Assembly (NCBI RefSeq): GCF_041146345.1
Contig: NW_027191415.1
Span: 1,364,001-1,421,346 of the forward strand
Direction of reading: 5' to 3'
From: Neodothiora populina
Taxonomy: Eukaryota
DNA: 57,346 bases
Shown here: one piece after another, positions 12,836 through 26,086 of the stretch
Position numbering within the stretch: the stretch's first letter is position 1
Layout of the letters: every line of letters begins with the position of its first letter
Made by a program: the position numbers and the translations under genes
The notes under the pieces: generated by a model
Seen by the model: the letters and a program-made list of their open reading frames with translations, nothing else
Told to the model about the DNA's origin: nothing
Databases searched by the model: none

Positions 12836-14362
12836 CTAATCCAGCTTGACGATACACCGCTCCTCGAACCACTTGGCGAACCGAACGACGGGAATATCTA
12901 CTGCTCTCCAGAAGACATCCGCAACGCACACCGTAGTTCCGATATCAATCGCAGCGGCGATGCAAAATCCAACCTCCTTGCGTAGATATGTGTCGGTGCC
13001 TATCATACGCCACAACACATCCATGGACGCATATCCGACCGTGTGCGTCACGGGACCGTGCATCAGATACAGCGCGAAGGAGATCTTGCCCAGGTACTGC
13101 ACCGGCCCGTTGTCGAAGATGCGTTGGAGGAAGGCAGCATTAGCTGTTGACCACACAAGCAGCAGTGCGCCCCACGACACCCAGAACCGTTGCTTGTGTT
13201 CCACATATTTTGGAGTGAGGCTAGTAAGATAAGCCCACCCGGGGCTATGCTCTGCTCCTATTTGGGGCTGACTGCAAAGGTAAATGCCGCAGAGAAACAC
13301 AAACAGATAGAATGCATTCCATAGTCGCTTGCTCTGCATCGCGGAAGTGGACATGACTCGTCCTAGGATCCCGTTCTGACCGGCGGCAGCTGCTCTACGC
13401 ATGAAATCAAGTTCGGCAAAGTAGAAACCTGCATAGAACAAGATCATCTCCCATCTGTCCTTGAAGAGACACCAGATGATCAGCGCTCCTAGAGTGCTGA
13501 GCCGTAAAACAGGCTTCATCCTCGCGACGCCTGCTTGTGTAAGGTACAAGACCAGAGATGAGCGAAACTCCATAGGAATTGTCCAGAGATGACGATCAAT
13601 GTCTATCTCGGTGTCCTTTGTTCCAAAACTCCACGGATGGACAAATATCCACATCTTTTTGCACCAATCGGCCATCTGCTCTCCGAGTGTGTCGAAACGC
13701 TTCAGGTGAGTCTCTCGTACGTTCGGCAGGCGATGCCAATCATTTGCAATATCTCTTGTCAACTCGTAAATGCCGACCCGAACGAGGAATACGATAAACA
13801 AGGTCGACACGAAACACGGTAGGTAAAGACGTATGGCTCTTCGGAAAATCGACGAAGATATCGTATGCATCAGCTCTGGCCAGTTGCGGTTTCTCATCAG
13901 CCGCACGGGCTTGTAAGACAGGGCGAAGCCTGACACCACGTAGAAGATGGCGACCATGGCCGGACCAGTATAAATGAATCGGATGAATGGGAGTTTGAGA
14001 AACTCGCGATGATGGCCTTCTTGACCTGCTCCGTAGGCTGTGAGAACATCGTGGCTGGAGTAAGAAAGATGATAAAAGAATACAAAAAGTGCAGCGAGGC
14101 CTCGCATTCCATCGAGATACGCGGTGGGGTGCAGCTTCTCGGGCTTTGATGACCGTGGACGCAGTCGGGCCTGCACAAAGCTCGGCAACAGGAAGAATGC
14201 AGTCTGCGAGACTCGACGGCGGATGAAGGGCCAGGTCAGTCGCCACTTGGACGAAGCACCTTCAAGAGAGTGATCCTCTATGACCGAAATCTCTTCGAGA
14301 AGATGGGACTTCTCCTCGCCTTCCACCCCATCATACCTATGTGAAGATACGTCGTTCGTCAT
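12836..14362 (-). CDS. Acyltransferase-3 family membrane O-acyltransferase (CHIP3-like)
   Basis: Motifs YLDGMRGLAA, V.IFYVVSGF, RRAIRLYLP, HLWTIPMEF and YLGKISFALYLMH. First ATG is at 14362; the ORF track starts at an upstream TTG. Confidence 0.9.
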   Translation of the reverse strand: MTNDVSSHRYDGVEGEEKSHLLEEISVIEDHSLEGASSKWRLTWPFIRRRVSQTAFFLLPSFVQARLRPRSSKPEKLHPTAYLDGMRGLAALFVFFYHLSYSSHDVLTAYGAGQEGHHREFLKLPFIRFIYTGPAMVAIFYVVSGFALSYKPVRLMRNRNWPELMHTISSSIFRRAIRLYLPCFVSTLFIVFLVRVGIYELTRDIANDWHRLPNVRETHLKRFDTLGEQMADWCKKMWIFVHPWSFGTKDTEIDIDRHLWTIPMEFRSSLVLYLTQAGVARMKPVLRLSTLGALIIWCLFKDRWEMILFYAGFYFAELDFMRRAAAAGQNGILGRVMSTSAMQSKRLWNAFYLFVFLCGIYLCSQPQIGAEHSPGWAYLTSLTPKYVEHKQRFWVSWGALLLVWSTANAAFLQRIFDNGPVQYLGKISFALYLMHGPVTHTVGYASMDVLWRMIGTDTYLRKEVGFCIAAAIDIGTTVCVADVFWRAVDIPVVRFAKWFEERCIVKLD

Positions 14363-17296
14363 TGGCGGCAGAATGCTATGCAGAAGAAAAAGAGCAAGAA
14401 AACAGCAGCAAGGAAATGCGGATACCAGACCTACCTTAAAAGACAACCTAAGGGGTCGGTCGCCGGTTTGAAGGGGTAAGCCATTGTAGCTTGGCTCACT
14501 TGAAACGGGATGCTTAACGTTACTATTCCAACGTTTCTGTATAGAGCGTCAACGGCAGATAAGGTGGTGATCATCCCCCACCTCGAGTTGCACCCACACT
14601 GCTGACTGCAGTCACCTACAACATTATGCGGAACAATCAAAGAAAGATCACTCTGCCGACGAGTAATATTCCATTCTGGTCCTCAAATTTGCGGTTCAGG
14701 CAAGGCGAGGCGTCCTCAGTGCTTAGGCGGAGGTCTTGGACGTTGATCAGCCAAGCCGCGTTGTGCTGTGCTTTGCAGGGGTTGCAGGTGAGGACGACGC
14801 TACGGAAACCCCTAGATTATAACAAGGCGGCCTGCGTACAATTGTTCTTGTACAAGTACTTGTTACTGGAAAGGAGTACCGGCGTGATGACATCTTCGAG
14901 AGCAGTACCGTAGATACACTTTTTCGGAGTGACCTACAGCACTTGTAATTATCTTGCTGCCAAGTGTGTTGCATGCATTAATTCCCGAGGACAAGTCCAC
15001 CCCGTGGCGACGTCGGACGCGTGGTTGACGATGGACGAAAAGAATCTGTTGTACATGGCGCTATCACATTCCGTGTCTGCTACCAATAGCAATTCATGTG
15101 AAAGCTTTGTCTATCGACATTTTCCGCGTTCTGCGGCGTTGATCGGATCATGTGGTTCTCTTGTGAATTGGCTGGAAGCCGAGAATGATCCTTCATGTAT
15201 GTCGTCGTTTATGTCCGAAGGGAAACCTTCTTCATGATCATACCTTCGTAGTCCATTATATAAGGTATGATGCCTCCAAATTTGCGGTCGTTGATCTTCC
15301 AGCTTCATGGTCCGCTAGCAATTTGATCGTGTTCGGGTAACCATCTGACCCACCTATTCCTCGTATGAGAAAAGCTGGGGCTGTGCACTGCGAAACCCAG
15401 AATAGAAAAACCCCTCATGCCAAAGTTGAGTGTAGACGATCTCTCGAGCATGTAAAGGACCATCTTACTGAATTGTGCCCGCCTGAGGTCGACTCGCCTA
15501 CATGGACCTCGAAACTATGAACGGTGTTTCCATTTGGAGATCTAGGTAGTCAGTTGAGATCAAGACACTTTTCTTCGGCTGGCTTCTCCTTTCTCCACCC
15601 TTCGACTTTCGTGCATAATGAGAAGTAAGAAAAGATACGATATGGTGCACATGGTTTGAATTATGACCTCAAGCTCTGCAACGTGAAGATGATGACCAAG
15701 CGTCTAAGCATACAGTAATCGATCAGTGCCTAAGCATAATTGCTTTCCCTCGACATGTTGGCCTGAGTGGAGTACGACCGCCTCCCAGCCCGCGAAATAC
15801 CGGCGAACGCCGGAGCTGCTATAGGTCGCATGGGCAAGATGTCACTATGCGCAAGCGCAGTTACCTTATTGTGTCCCAAAGTGCCTTGCTATCTCGGTAT
15901 CCTATATTCATACGAGGCATGGTCATGACAGGCTATGACGAGGAACGAGTGTCGAAATTCTCTTTGACCCTTCTCTCCGCTTGCTTCAGGGTGTACAGTT
16001 GTACACCAAACCCTGCCAAGATCGAGCGAGCATCATGAGCCGTCAAGCCGGGGTTCCCAGGCCGTCTACACCACATTTTCGAGTTTGTTTCGCAAGTTTA
16101 ACCTCAATTGCTAAAGCAACTACTGAGACGACTTTGGATCATATCTGCACTGCAGATCACTTAACGGACACCTCTACGCCCGTCGTATCGTGGAAGCTTT
16201 TCCAGATTATCAATGTTCGTATTGATGCATGCGGTACCGGTGTCATGACGTCGGTAGCAGATAACTTGCATCGCGCAAATAGCATGATACTGTGAGCAAA
16301 ATTTAGCGAAGGTTAGCATTGTACGATGAATCGAGTCCCGCCACACGATTGACGACCAGCGCTTTACGCGCAAGTCAAAGCATAGGGATACAGACTAACA
16401 TCTTGCCGAGTCTTCTAGCCATCGCAAGAGGAACGCTATGCCTCGACTTCGATCAGACTCCAGCGCCCTTATCAAAACAGACTCGGCATTGCAGAAGATA
16501 GCTAGCCCAACCATCTGGGTGAACATGATTTCGACGTTCGTACAAGAGGCTGTCTCGGTTGCGCGGCACTCTTAATCTTGCCTAGCGATTATCTCAAATT
16601 CTTACGTCGTACTGGCTATTATAAGATCTTTGGAAGGCTTGTCTGCAACGGCCAACAGTAATTCAGCCAATGTCATGATCTTGAAACAACGGGGTGGCCA
16701 GAAGCTAATAGCAAGGTATGTTTGAAGTTGCTTTTTCTGCCGATACGAAGTTCTAAAAATGATATTAGTGGCGACCGTTGGCAATAGACTTCGAGTGTCA
16801 AAGAGAGTTACTCGGCAACTCCACATTCCGCGGTCTTGTAGTTTCTAAAAAAAAAACATTTACGACGTTCCATCGAGTCTGGTCTACCGCATACTTGTGT
16901 TTACAGATTCAATGGACACTGTGCATATACTAGACGTCATGATATGAACCTTGCGCTTGCAAAATCGGGAATATTTGCGAGAGAGCCTCCCTTGCTATGG
17001 CTCGTATGCTGCGTACCAGACTCTATACTCTCGAGACCACTGCAAGCGTGAACTCTGAGAGCCCACCATGGACGTCCCACTTACGACACGGCGCAATGAG
17101 AGACGCATTGGCAGAGAAGAACTGATCTCCCAGAGTGAGAACCGAGACATATATATGCCATGATCCCACGATGCTAAGACCTACTCCCCATCATTCATCA
17201 AGCCAGGTCTTCTCCAATAACACAACCTACACACTTCTTTCTGGACTCGTCTCCACTACACTCGAACTCAAGAACTTAATAATAACCATCTCAGCG

Positions 17297-18832
17297 ATGA
17301 ACTCCTTCAAAGCGGCTGCCACCATGGCATTTGTTGCCTCGGTCTCTTCGGTCATGGCGATGCCCGCCCCTCAGGGAGGCAATGCCACGTCCTCAGCCTA
17401 CGTTTGCAATCCAGCTCACAGCTATCCCGGAGGCGTTTCTTGCGATGCCACTTCTCGCACCCTCGTCTACCCTTCTACCACTGCTGCTCTAGCGACCACT
17501 AGCGCATACAAATGCAACCCTGCACACAGCTACCCTGCTGGTGTATCTTGCGATGGATCCGCGCTTACTCTCGTCTATCCTTCGTCCAGCTCGGCTTATG
17601 CTTGCAACCCAGCCCATAGCTACCCCGGTGGAGTATCTTGCGATGGCTCCGCTCTTACCCTGGTGACTCCCGCTCCTGTGTCCGCATCCAGTTCTGCATA
17701 CGCTTGCAACCCCGCTCACAGCTACCCTGGCGGTGTATCTTGCGATGGCTCCGCTCTTACCCTGGTGACTCCCGCTCCTGTGTCCGCATCCAGTTCTGCA
17801 TACGCTTGCAACCCCGCTCACAGCTACCCTGGCGGTGTATTTTGCGATGGTTCTGCTCTTACCCTGGTCACACCGACTCCTGCTCCCGCATCCAGCTCTG
17901 CATACCAGTGCAACCCGGCACACAGCTACCCTGGCGGCGCATCCTGCGATGGCTCTGCCCTCACCCTAGTTTACCCATCGACCACTCCTGGCAGTGCACC
18001 TGCTTCATCTCCTGCGGCCCATGCCTCGGCCGCTGTCGCTGGTGGATGCAACCCTGTCACCGTCACTGTTACCGTGACCGCCTCAGGTGGTTCTGGCCCA
18101 ATCTCAGCTGCGCCTTCTGGCTCTGCTTCCTCGAGCGCATATCAGTGCAACCCTGCTCACTCATATCCCGGTGGTGTGACATGCGATGCAACCGCTCGTA
18201 CTCTCGTCACCTCAACTGGTGGTGCTCGCGCAACTACTGCCGCTCCTCTTAAGCCTTCTGGTTCCAGCGCATACCCATGCAATCCCGCTCACTCCTATCC
18301 CGGCGGTGCCTCTTGCGACGCAAGCGCTCGTACTCTAGTCATCCCTACCAAGGGATTTGCCAACTCCACTGCTGTTGCAACCCCATCCGCAACCTCGACC
18401 GCTCAGGCTGGCAAGTGTCCTCTTGATCTTGTTGCCGGCACCTTCGAATATCCCCATCTTCTTGCCCAGAACGGCGTCAACGGCTACTTCGGCAATGTTG
18501 ATGCCAACACCAACACTACTATCGTATTCGACATCCCCACCGCCGACAAGGGCAAGGACTGCAACACCTTCTTCGCTATTCCTGCCAAGGGCACCATGGA
18601 AACTGCTGACTACACCCTCACCTACACCGATGGTGCTAAGATCACTGTTGCCGGCCCTAACGGCGCTGCTATGTCTTTCACTCCTGAGCAGAACAAGAAG
18701 TGGTTGATCAGCTCCACCAAGTGCCCTGCAGGACAGCAGATGAAGTTCGAGATGGGTGCATCCAGCTCCAGCCTTGAATGGTTCCAGGACTACAACCCCT
18801 GTGCTCTTGGTATGTTCGTCGTTGTCTCCTAA
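17297..18832 (+). CDS. Secreted/cell-wall Ser/Thr/Ala-rich protein with 8 CNPAHSYP Cys repeats and a C-terminal But2-like domain
   Basis: Signal peptide [21 protein letters not shown]. Repeats [14 protein letters not shown]....TLV. C-terminal CPLDL..G.FEYPHL...FDIP...C...F...[11 protein letters not shown] resembles fungal But2 C-terminal domain proteins. Confidence 0.8.
   Translation: MNSFKAAATMAFVASVSSVMAMPAPQGGNATSSAYVCNPAHSYPGGVSCDATSRTLVYPSTTAALATTSAYKCNPAHSYPAGVSCDGSALTLVYPSSSSAYACNPAHSYPGGVSCDGSALTLVTPAPVSASSSAYACNPAHSYPGGVSCDGSALTLVTPAPVSASSSAYACNPAHSYPGGVFCDGSALTLVTPTPAPASSSAYQCNPAHSYPGGASCDGSALTLVYPSTTPGSAPASSPAAHASAAVAGGCNPVTVTVTVTASGGSGPISAAPSGSASSSAYQCNPAHSYPGGVTCDATARTLVTSTGGARATTAAPLKPSGSSAYPCNPAHSYPGGASCDASARTLVIPTKGFANSTAVATPSATSTAQAGKCPLDLVAGTFEYPHLLAQNGVNGYFGNVDANTNTTIVFDIPTADKGKDCNTFFAIPAKGTMETADYTLTYTDGAKITVAGPNGAAMSFTPEQNKKWLISSTKCPAGQQMKFEMGASSSSLEWFQDYNPCALGMFVVVS
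17398..18340 (+). repeat. Intragenic coding repeats (8 units), including a near-perfect 90-bp tandem duplication at about 17630-17860
   Basis: The string gcgatggctccgctcttaccctggtgactcccgctcctgtgtccgcatccagttctgcatacgcttgcaaccccgctcacagctaccctggcggtgtat occurs twice, 90 nt apart. Confidence 0.9.
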
Positions 18833-20951
18833 TCGGAGAACGCGGACAATTCATCACTGTAGTTAGTAGTCTTCGAGCTGTCGGAAGTGTCATGTTTCCG
18901 GATATGCTTGTTATTGCATATCATATCATATCATCCATAGACTTACGTACATAATTCGAAGAAATAAAAGCCGTCCAACTCGATTGTCTCCTTAGACAAG
19001 CATAAGTTCATATTTCAAAAACCACGCCGATATGGCTGAATGCTTAGTGCCCGCGATATGTTGTACGCTAATATTACATGTTAAGCATCGTGCGCTATAG
19101 TAACATCGACTTTGATGCCGTATAGGGCATGAGCGAACACTTCAGTTGCGCAGAACTTTTCATAGTAATCATTAACTACTATCATCTTCGGTCCTATCGA
19201 TGAGGACAATATGCGCGTTGCAGGCTCTATTGTTGCTGCATGACTCACAGGATTGAGCCCGCAAAATCGATTGTCCTACCTATCCAGGATGAATCCCATT
19301 TCAGCCCCATCGGTTCAACGGGAGCATCTAAGGCTTGTTCTAGACCTAGCATCAGGTACTGGACGCTACCTCGTAGCACGCTCGGCCAACCTTGCGCAGT
19401 TGCATTTGTAGTATGTTTCAAGTGCTTTGATATGGAGCATTCTGTGTTCCGATAAGCGAACATCTCAATCTTGAACAACCGATGATATATATGCAATTGT
19501 TGGCCTCACTACTAGCTATCGTTATTAAATGCTGCCCAAAGCTGATCGGAAGTGCAACAATGTTAGGGCTTGGAGTAGTTGCAGCTAGTGCGTGCAGCTT
19601 CAGCTATAATTACTGAACTAGACTAAAAATTTGCCAAACGCTTATCTACTGCTGACAAGACCACACTGCTCTCAGTGACAAAGCAGAGGGACCATCAAAC
19701 TCGCAGTCTCTCAGTAGAGGAAACGAGCGGCACGAGTTTATGGAAACCAAAACGAGCATAAGCGTACGCTCAAAGAGTCATCCACGTATTCGGCTCTGAC
19801 AGACGGTGGCTTGTCCGATCGAGACGGGTGTATCAGCGATAGTAAAAGAGGGGCTCCACAGAATCACGGCAGAAGAATAGGAGACACGATACAAAAAGCC
19901 GGAAGTGGGATTCTTGCCGCCTTTTCAGCTTAAGCGCTGCAACGATAAAGCAATCCCCGCTTAGATCTGTATCGTGGAGCTGAAACCTTATCTAGCTTCT
20001 ACTGCCGTCATCGCTAATACTTGCAATTGCTTGTCGGGAGACTTTAGGCTCGGACTCGAAGGGCGTACCACCTCATTTGAAGCTGTCTCTTGCTTTATGA
20101 ACATCAATTGAGTGAGGAGAATCGCATCGTAGGGTAGTAAGACAGACCAGGCTTCTTATCCGGTGTCAATCACATATGAACAACATGATATACAATCGTT
20201 GCTCGAGCTTAGTTCCTTGCCTAGATGCATATCTGGATGCTGGCGATGAAAGCCAGAGCAGAGAGTATGAAAGGAGAAGAGCTAGAGTCGTCAGTCCCAA
20301 ACAAGTCAAACCTTCCGTAATGCGCAATTAACTCTTGAGGTACTCAAACGGGATTGCAGTGAATTCATTCCGGCAGTGCAGTGTTTTTGAAATTCACGAC
20401 TTCCACGCAGACGAACCTTATTTGCATTTGCGATTATGCAGTAGGCTTCTTTGAGCTAGTCGTCAGCAGCATTTGATGGTACGATTACTTACTACCCTGT
20501 ACAGCATGTTGCGATAAGGCCTCCAAGGTCAGCCCCTAATATACTTCTCAGATGCATCCTAGGACATTGGATTACCACGTGTAGTCCGTAATGGTTCGTA
20601 CAAAATCCATGTACGCTATCATGCACTACACATGACTTGTGAGCTTACGTCACTTGAGGAAATATCAATGTTGTCGAATGATCCAAGGTAAGCTATAAGT
20701 TCCACGGCATGGCCGTGGTTCGAACCAACACAATCGCTCCGGAGGGAGTGTATGCATACTTTACCGTTCGTGTAGCTTTCATGCTTAGGTAGCTAAGCCG
20801 GCAAGGCCCGAAGATTGACTTTTTGAACAGGTAGTCATGTGTTCTATGTACCAGACAATTAATATAGCTACCCTCGTAGTGCGCGCCCGATGCTCAGAGC
20901 TTTGCAATATTCATACTTGGTTATAGTCGGCAATTGCAATTTCCAGCCATT

Positions 20952-22567
20952 ATGGCCCCAAAACAAACCACGCAAGTTTACCAATTCGTGACATACACCG
21001 GAGAAGATCCCGACAAGGATAAGAAACAAGTCCTCAGTAATATCAGAAAACATGTTATGCACGATTACTTTCGCAAGCAGGGGAAGACTGTAGATTTGCC
21101 TGTCGGGAAATCAAAAAAGGGCAAATCCAAAGCGGATACCCTGCCTTCGGGATCAAGCACACAGCCGGTGCGCGATGATACCTCACTCATCATAACGGCC
21201 CCTCCCACCAGGACAAGAACCCCTCCTAAATCAGATCACATGCCTGGCTCCCCCAGAGGACCTCGATTCGACCCGTTCGACAGTCTACCTGTGAAAGGTA
21301 TTCCAGACGATCTCATCGAATGGTTTCCATGTCTATATGAAGGTGATTCGAAGAATACCTCATGGGTACACAAGTCAAATGTGATGTGGGCTCAAAACAT
21401 ATGGCATTCTTCAACACAAGATACCGCCCTCTTCTACACTGTTTTGTCTCAAGCTGAGCGAAATCGGCTGGTCGTGACTAAATCAGAGGATAAAAGAAGG
21501 TATTTGTTCTTACGCGGTCAAGCTCTACAAGCTTTGCGAAAGCGTATGGGCAGTAAGTGATTCCAGCAGATGTCAACGGGACTAATGTACTGACGCATCG
21601 AACAGCGGCTACAACAGATGACCCCAACACCCTGATCCTATTGATTGCCTACCAGATCCGGTTTGCCATCGTCGAGGGCGATTTTGTCACTGCGAAGACA
21701 CATTTACAAGCTGCTTCGCTTTTGATCGCGCGAGAAGGCGCAAAAGTTGGACCATTCGTTCTGGTGCACGCAACTCTAATGGATGTCAAACTCGCAGCTG
21801 CTAGCTGGACACGTCCGGAACTGGAGTTTCAGGACCCACATCTACGTCTCCAGACGTCCCGCAGATTGGCCGAGATCGTCCACGAGCGTGCTCAAATCTC
21901 TTTACAGTACTTTCCGTCGGATTTTCGGGGCGCTGCGGCAGAGGAAGCAATGAGAGGGCTGCATTGGCATTTTCTCAAGTTCGACGCAGAATATGGCAAA
22001 GAGGTAGATGGGAGCTTCGGAGTACTACTCAACTGTGTTCGAACTGCTCGCCATCTACGAAGTCTTGCAGCCAACGCATGGGAAGAGTGTGAAGCGGAGG
22101 AGGAGGAGATGACCCGGCCAAGAATTGCCCTAGCCTTATGTCTGGAATTCTTCGCGTGGATGCATGATCCAGCTCATATCATCCCTTGGATATCTCATTC
22201 GCAATTTATGAAGCGCCTCGGCGACAATGTGAGGGGCAAGTTGAAGCATTGCCTGCATATAGAAGACGAAGATATTGAAAATGTCTGGGAAAAGACTGGT
22301 GCTCATCGCGAGTCCCTTCTGTGGGTTCTGATGATCGGCTTTGTCATGACAGCGAACACGGAAGCGGAGGTAGACGGCTCCACGGACTTGTCGTCCCCTT
22401 ATCTTCGGACTATGAGTAGAGTGCTCTCTAGTCTGCAGATTCGTGACCAGAAACAGCTTGAGCATGCTCTCAAGATGTTTCCTTGGACAGACAACTTCTG
22501 TGGAACATGGAGCACGTCTATCTTGGCACGCCTAGGATTGCCTGCCATAATTGAAGAGGCCGAATGA
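20952..22567 (+). CDS. Fungal-specific transcription-factor-like protein lacking a Zn cluster; join(20952..21552,21606..22567), 520 aa
   Basis: N-terminal YQFV...IRKHVMHDY, DPFDSLP and C-terminal LLWVLMIG...FPW motifs typical of this fungal family. A 53-nt GTAAGT...CTGAC...CAG intron joins the two track ORFs in frame. Confidence 0.7.
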
Positions 22568-23417
22568 AGCAAGAACAGGCGGCAGTGAGCTCGTTGGTTC
22601 GAGGTACTTCTACACAGCTGTCGTTATGGTTTAAGTGTAATCACAAGTACTTGCACGTAGCTTGAGCCTTCCGAGCCAGACTTGTCTCACATGCGTATGA
22701 TCACATTATATGGTTACCTCGGCCAGGTGTTCTACTATACATGCCAGACTTCAGTCAAGGCCAAACTTCAGTCAATGACGCTGCGGAATTGTGCGTGAAG
22801 CCTTGGATAGTTCTCCTAATCCACACTAAGCCACCCCGTACACTAAGTTGCATGGAATAACCCGCTCTATCCGAAGAATTCTTCGTAGATGGTCTTACTA
22901 AGCTAGCTGATCTCCTTCGCAGGGCAGAAGAAACATATCTAAAAAGAGCTAGCAAGAGCTATTGCGTACTCGTTACTGAGACGCACGCCCCAATATTGAA
23001 TATGATATTTGGGAAGAAAGATCGCACATTCCATCGATACTAAGCTCTAAGAAGCTCGTCTTCTCATGTAAGGCCAGTATCAATTACAAACGTGGTGTTC
23101 AAGATACTTGCATGCTATGCGTTTATGTGCAATCGAACCCTTGAATTCTCAGGAGTACAGTGTAGCAAAGCGGCACTTGATTCTAGGCATTCTACCATAT
23201 CACTACCTTACCATTTAAAGGGACGTGACGTGACTGGTAATTGATGGATTGTCACCTCGTCACAGATACATCCTCGTGGATTTGCAGGCGTGAAACCTGG
23301 TAGCGCTGACAAAGGTGATACCATTTTAATAGAGTTCAATATGTAAGTTTATATCACCTTCGAAACAAGGTGCGTCGTAAAGAGATCCCAACAGCTCGAT
23401 CGAATAAGCCAAATCAT

Positions 23418-25499
23418 TCATCGCTTCTTTGTACTGGTAGTCTTCGCAGTAGAACTGGTTGTCGTCTTCTTGTCATCACTTTTTGTCGAAGCACTGCTTG
23501 TGACAGAGGCAGAGGATGTCGGAGCGGCACTCGTCGGCGTGGCTGAGCTGCTAGAAGAAGGTGCTGCACTTCCAGAAGACTTGATGGAAGTCTGTAAGGT
23601 AGTGGCGGTATGGGTGCTCCAGTAAGTCTCTAGTGCACCTTCGACTTCGTCGGCATTCTTGTAAGCTTCCAAGCTGATGAACCATTCGCATTTCTTGCCG
23701 ATTTTTTCATCCTCGAAATCACCATCTCGGCTCTGCCACTCTTCTTCTTTAAATCCCTTGGAGCGGTAAGTTGAGTCCATCGGATCCAAGAATGTAGTCT
23801 TTTCATCGTAGCCGAGATCTTTTATGGCTTTGACATCCATCGCAGCCATCATCTCATGGTCCTCATGGATCAGATTGTGGCAATGGAACATATAAAGGCC
23901 ATCCCATGGAGCATAGCTAGGGAGCATGAGTTAGTTCCTAAAATTCTCAAGATGGGAGCATGCTGCTTACCGAGCAATGACTTTGACGGTCTCGCCTCTG
24001 TTCAGCCATACCACATCTTTCAGACCTGCTGCCTCGTATGGTAGAACCGTGTTCCTTTCTCCACCACTTCGATTGAGGATCTGAAAGTCAATAAGGTGGA
24101 TGTGGATTGGATGGGTCCAACCACCAGATGAGTTTTCCAATTCCCAGACTTCGACAGCTCCTCTCTCGGGTTTGGCAATGACTCTGGCTTCTGGACCAGA
24201 AGCCCAACTGATGCCATTGACTTGCCACTGACCGTTGCTGCGCTCGAATTTGAAATGACGATCAACAGTGTCTTTCTTTGGAGGGTACTTCACGCTACGG
24301 AGGGTAGCAGGCAATGGGCCATTACCGTCTTGGGATGTGATCTTGGACCCGATCACAAACCGCATGACCTTATCTGTGCCGGCGTAGTCATCATCGGCGC
24401 CAACTTTACGGTTGTTGCGAAGGGTAACATTTTGACCCTCATAACCAGTGAAGTCGAAGACGATTTCCCAACGCTCTGCCATCGAAATATCAAGCTGGGT
24501 CGCTGGGATTGGTTTTGTCAATAGACCAGTGTCGGAACCAATGACATTGAAACCAAGCCTTGTGCCTGCTTTTTTGTCTGCTTCGAAGTACATCTGGAAA
24601 GATCTACTGATGGACGAGTCCAAGAAACGGAAGCGGTACTTGCGAGGCTCAACTGCCATGTATGGCCAAGGCTGACCGTTGACCTGGATAACATCACCGA
24701 AGACGCTCACCGTCTCACCATTTGCCTCCGGAGACCACAATGAGCCGTCGGAGTTGTATCGTTTTGCTGCCAACGCAAGAGGTACATCATACTGCCCCAT
24801 GGGGAGGTTCGACGCACGTTCCTGGGCATCGTGCATGATGTAAAATCCAGCTTGACCAGAGTATGCATTCTCCTATCGAAGGTGTTAGTGTATACAGCTT
24901 CCCTTCTCATAAATATACTACACACTGCAGTATGATCGATGGCATGATCGTGATACCAAAGTGTCCTTGCATTCTGAGCATTGGGATAGTAATAGTCCTT
25001 GTACTGTCCAGGTTCGGTTGTGTCCTCGGCCCAGCCATCGAAAGGAGCCCGACCTGAAGAGCGACTTAGCATGCCACAAGTCTCAAACTATCAGAAACCG
25101 TATGCATACTGTATGATCCATGAAGATGGACCGAATTGGCTCTGTCTGCATGGTTGACAAAGCGGACAACGGCTTCTCTGCCTCGCTCCACCATGAAAGT
25201 TGGGCCAGGAACCATGCCATCATAACCCACGTGTCTCGTCTTCTTCAGATTGGGATAGATCTGAAGGTCCACTGGTTTGATATCGATTTCGTAGTAGTCC
25301 AAGTTATCATAAGATCTTCATTGTGGTTAGTAGTGGTAATCATGAGATGTCTATCCTTCACTCACTTGTAGGGTGTCTTGATTGGCGGTATAGGTAGAGG
25401 ATACTGGTAGAAGTCCTTGTATACAGGACTCAACCACTCCGTGTCTTTAGCCACAGCTAAGGAGCCAAGAAGGCCAAGTGCTAATGCCAGTGAATGCAT
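23418..25499 (-). CDS. Bilirubin-oxidase-type secreted multicopper oxidase; join(25499..25366,25315..25110,25053..24926,24872..23971,23916..23418), 622 aa
   Basis: Signal peptide MHSLALALGLLGSLAVA. All four Cu motifs present: VHLHG, WYHDH, WTHPIHIH and HCHNLIHEDHEM (Met axial ligand). BOD-specific SRAPFDGWAED. Four GT-AG introns keep the frame. Ser/Thr-rich tail. Confidence 0.93.
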
Positions 25500-26086
25500 G
25501 CCGAATGTATTGAGGGAGGATGAACAAGAATGCACTGGTTACTTTGGTGATGCCAGGAGAAAGATCGACGCTGTCATGTCTACATATATATATCTCTACC
25601 TGACTGTAGCGCCTTGCACCTTTTCAGTCTAGAACCATAATGCTATGCGGACACATCCCAGTCTCTACAAGAATCACTATTACTGATGAGGTGTATAGGC
25701 GACTCCGAATGCTATACCAATCGTAGCAAGTGTGGCTGTGGCTTGAAAGTGTCGGCTGATAGAAGTATGGGTTGGTGGTCCAGTCGAAGGATCAGGCTGT
25801 GGCATACATGTTATGAATGAAGTGTAGTTGCCCAGAAGAGCTGGACTGTGGTATTCGAAAGGTACCTCGAGTTGCGTAGTCCAGCTGGAGAAATTCCTGC
25901 AGGCGTGGTGCATAATTCTACATGACTTACCATTTCCAGAGTCTGATACAAGCCTCATTTACAGTTCCGAGATGTGAATTGGAGCTAAGCAGAGCACGTG
26001 TAGGGCTTGCCATCCAGGTAGTTCCCGTACCTGGTGAAGTAATAATTGGCAACGAGAATGATGGCTATGTTTAGTGCTGGGAGGCG

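Noticed and set aside
17398..18340. Repeat protein as a fungal RiPP (dikaritin/KEP) precursor
   Set aside because: No KR/RR Kex2 sites between repeats, no DUF3328 oxidase nearby, and a folded C-terminal wall-protein domain is present.
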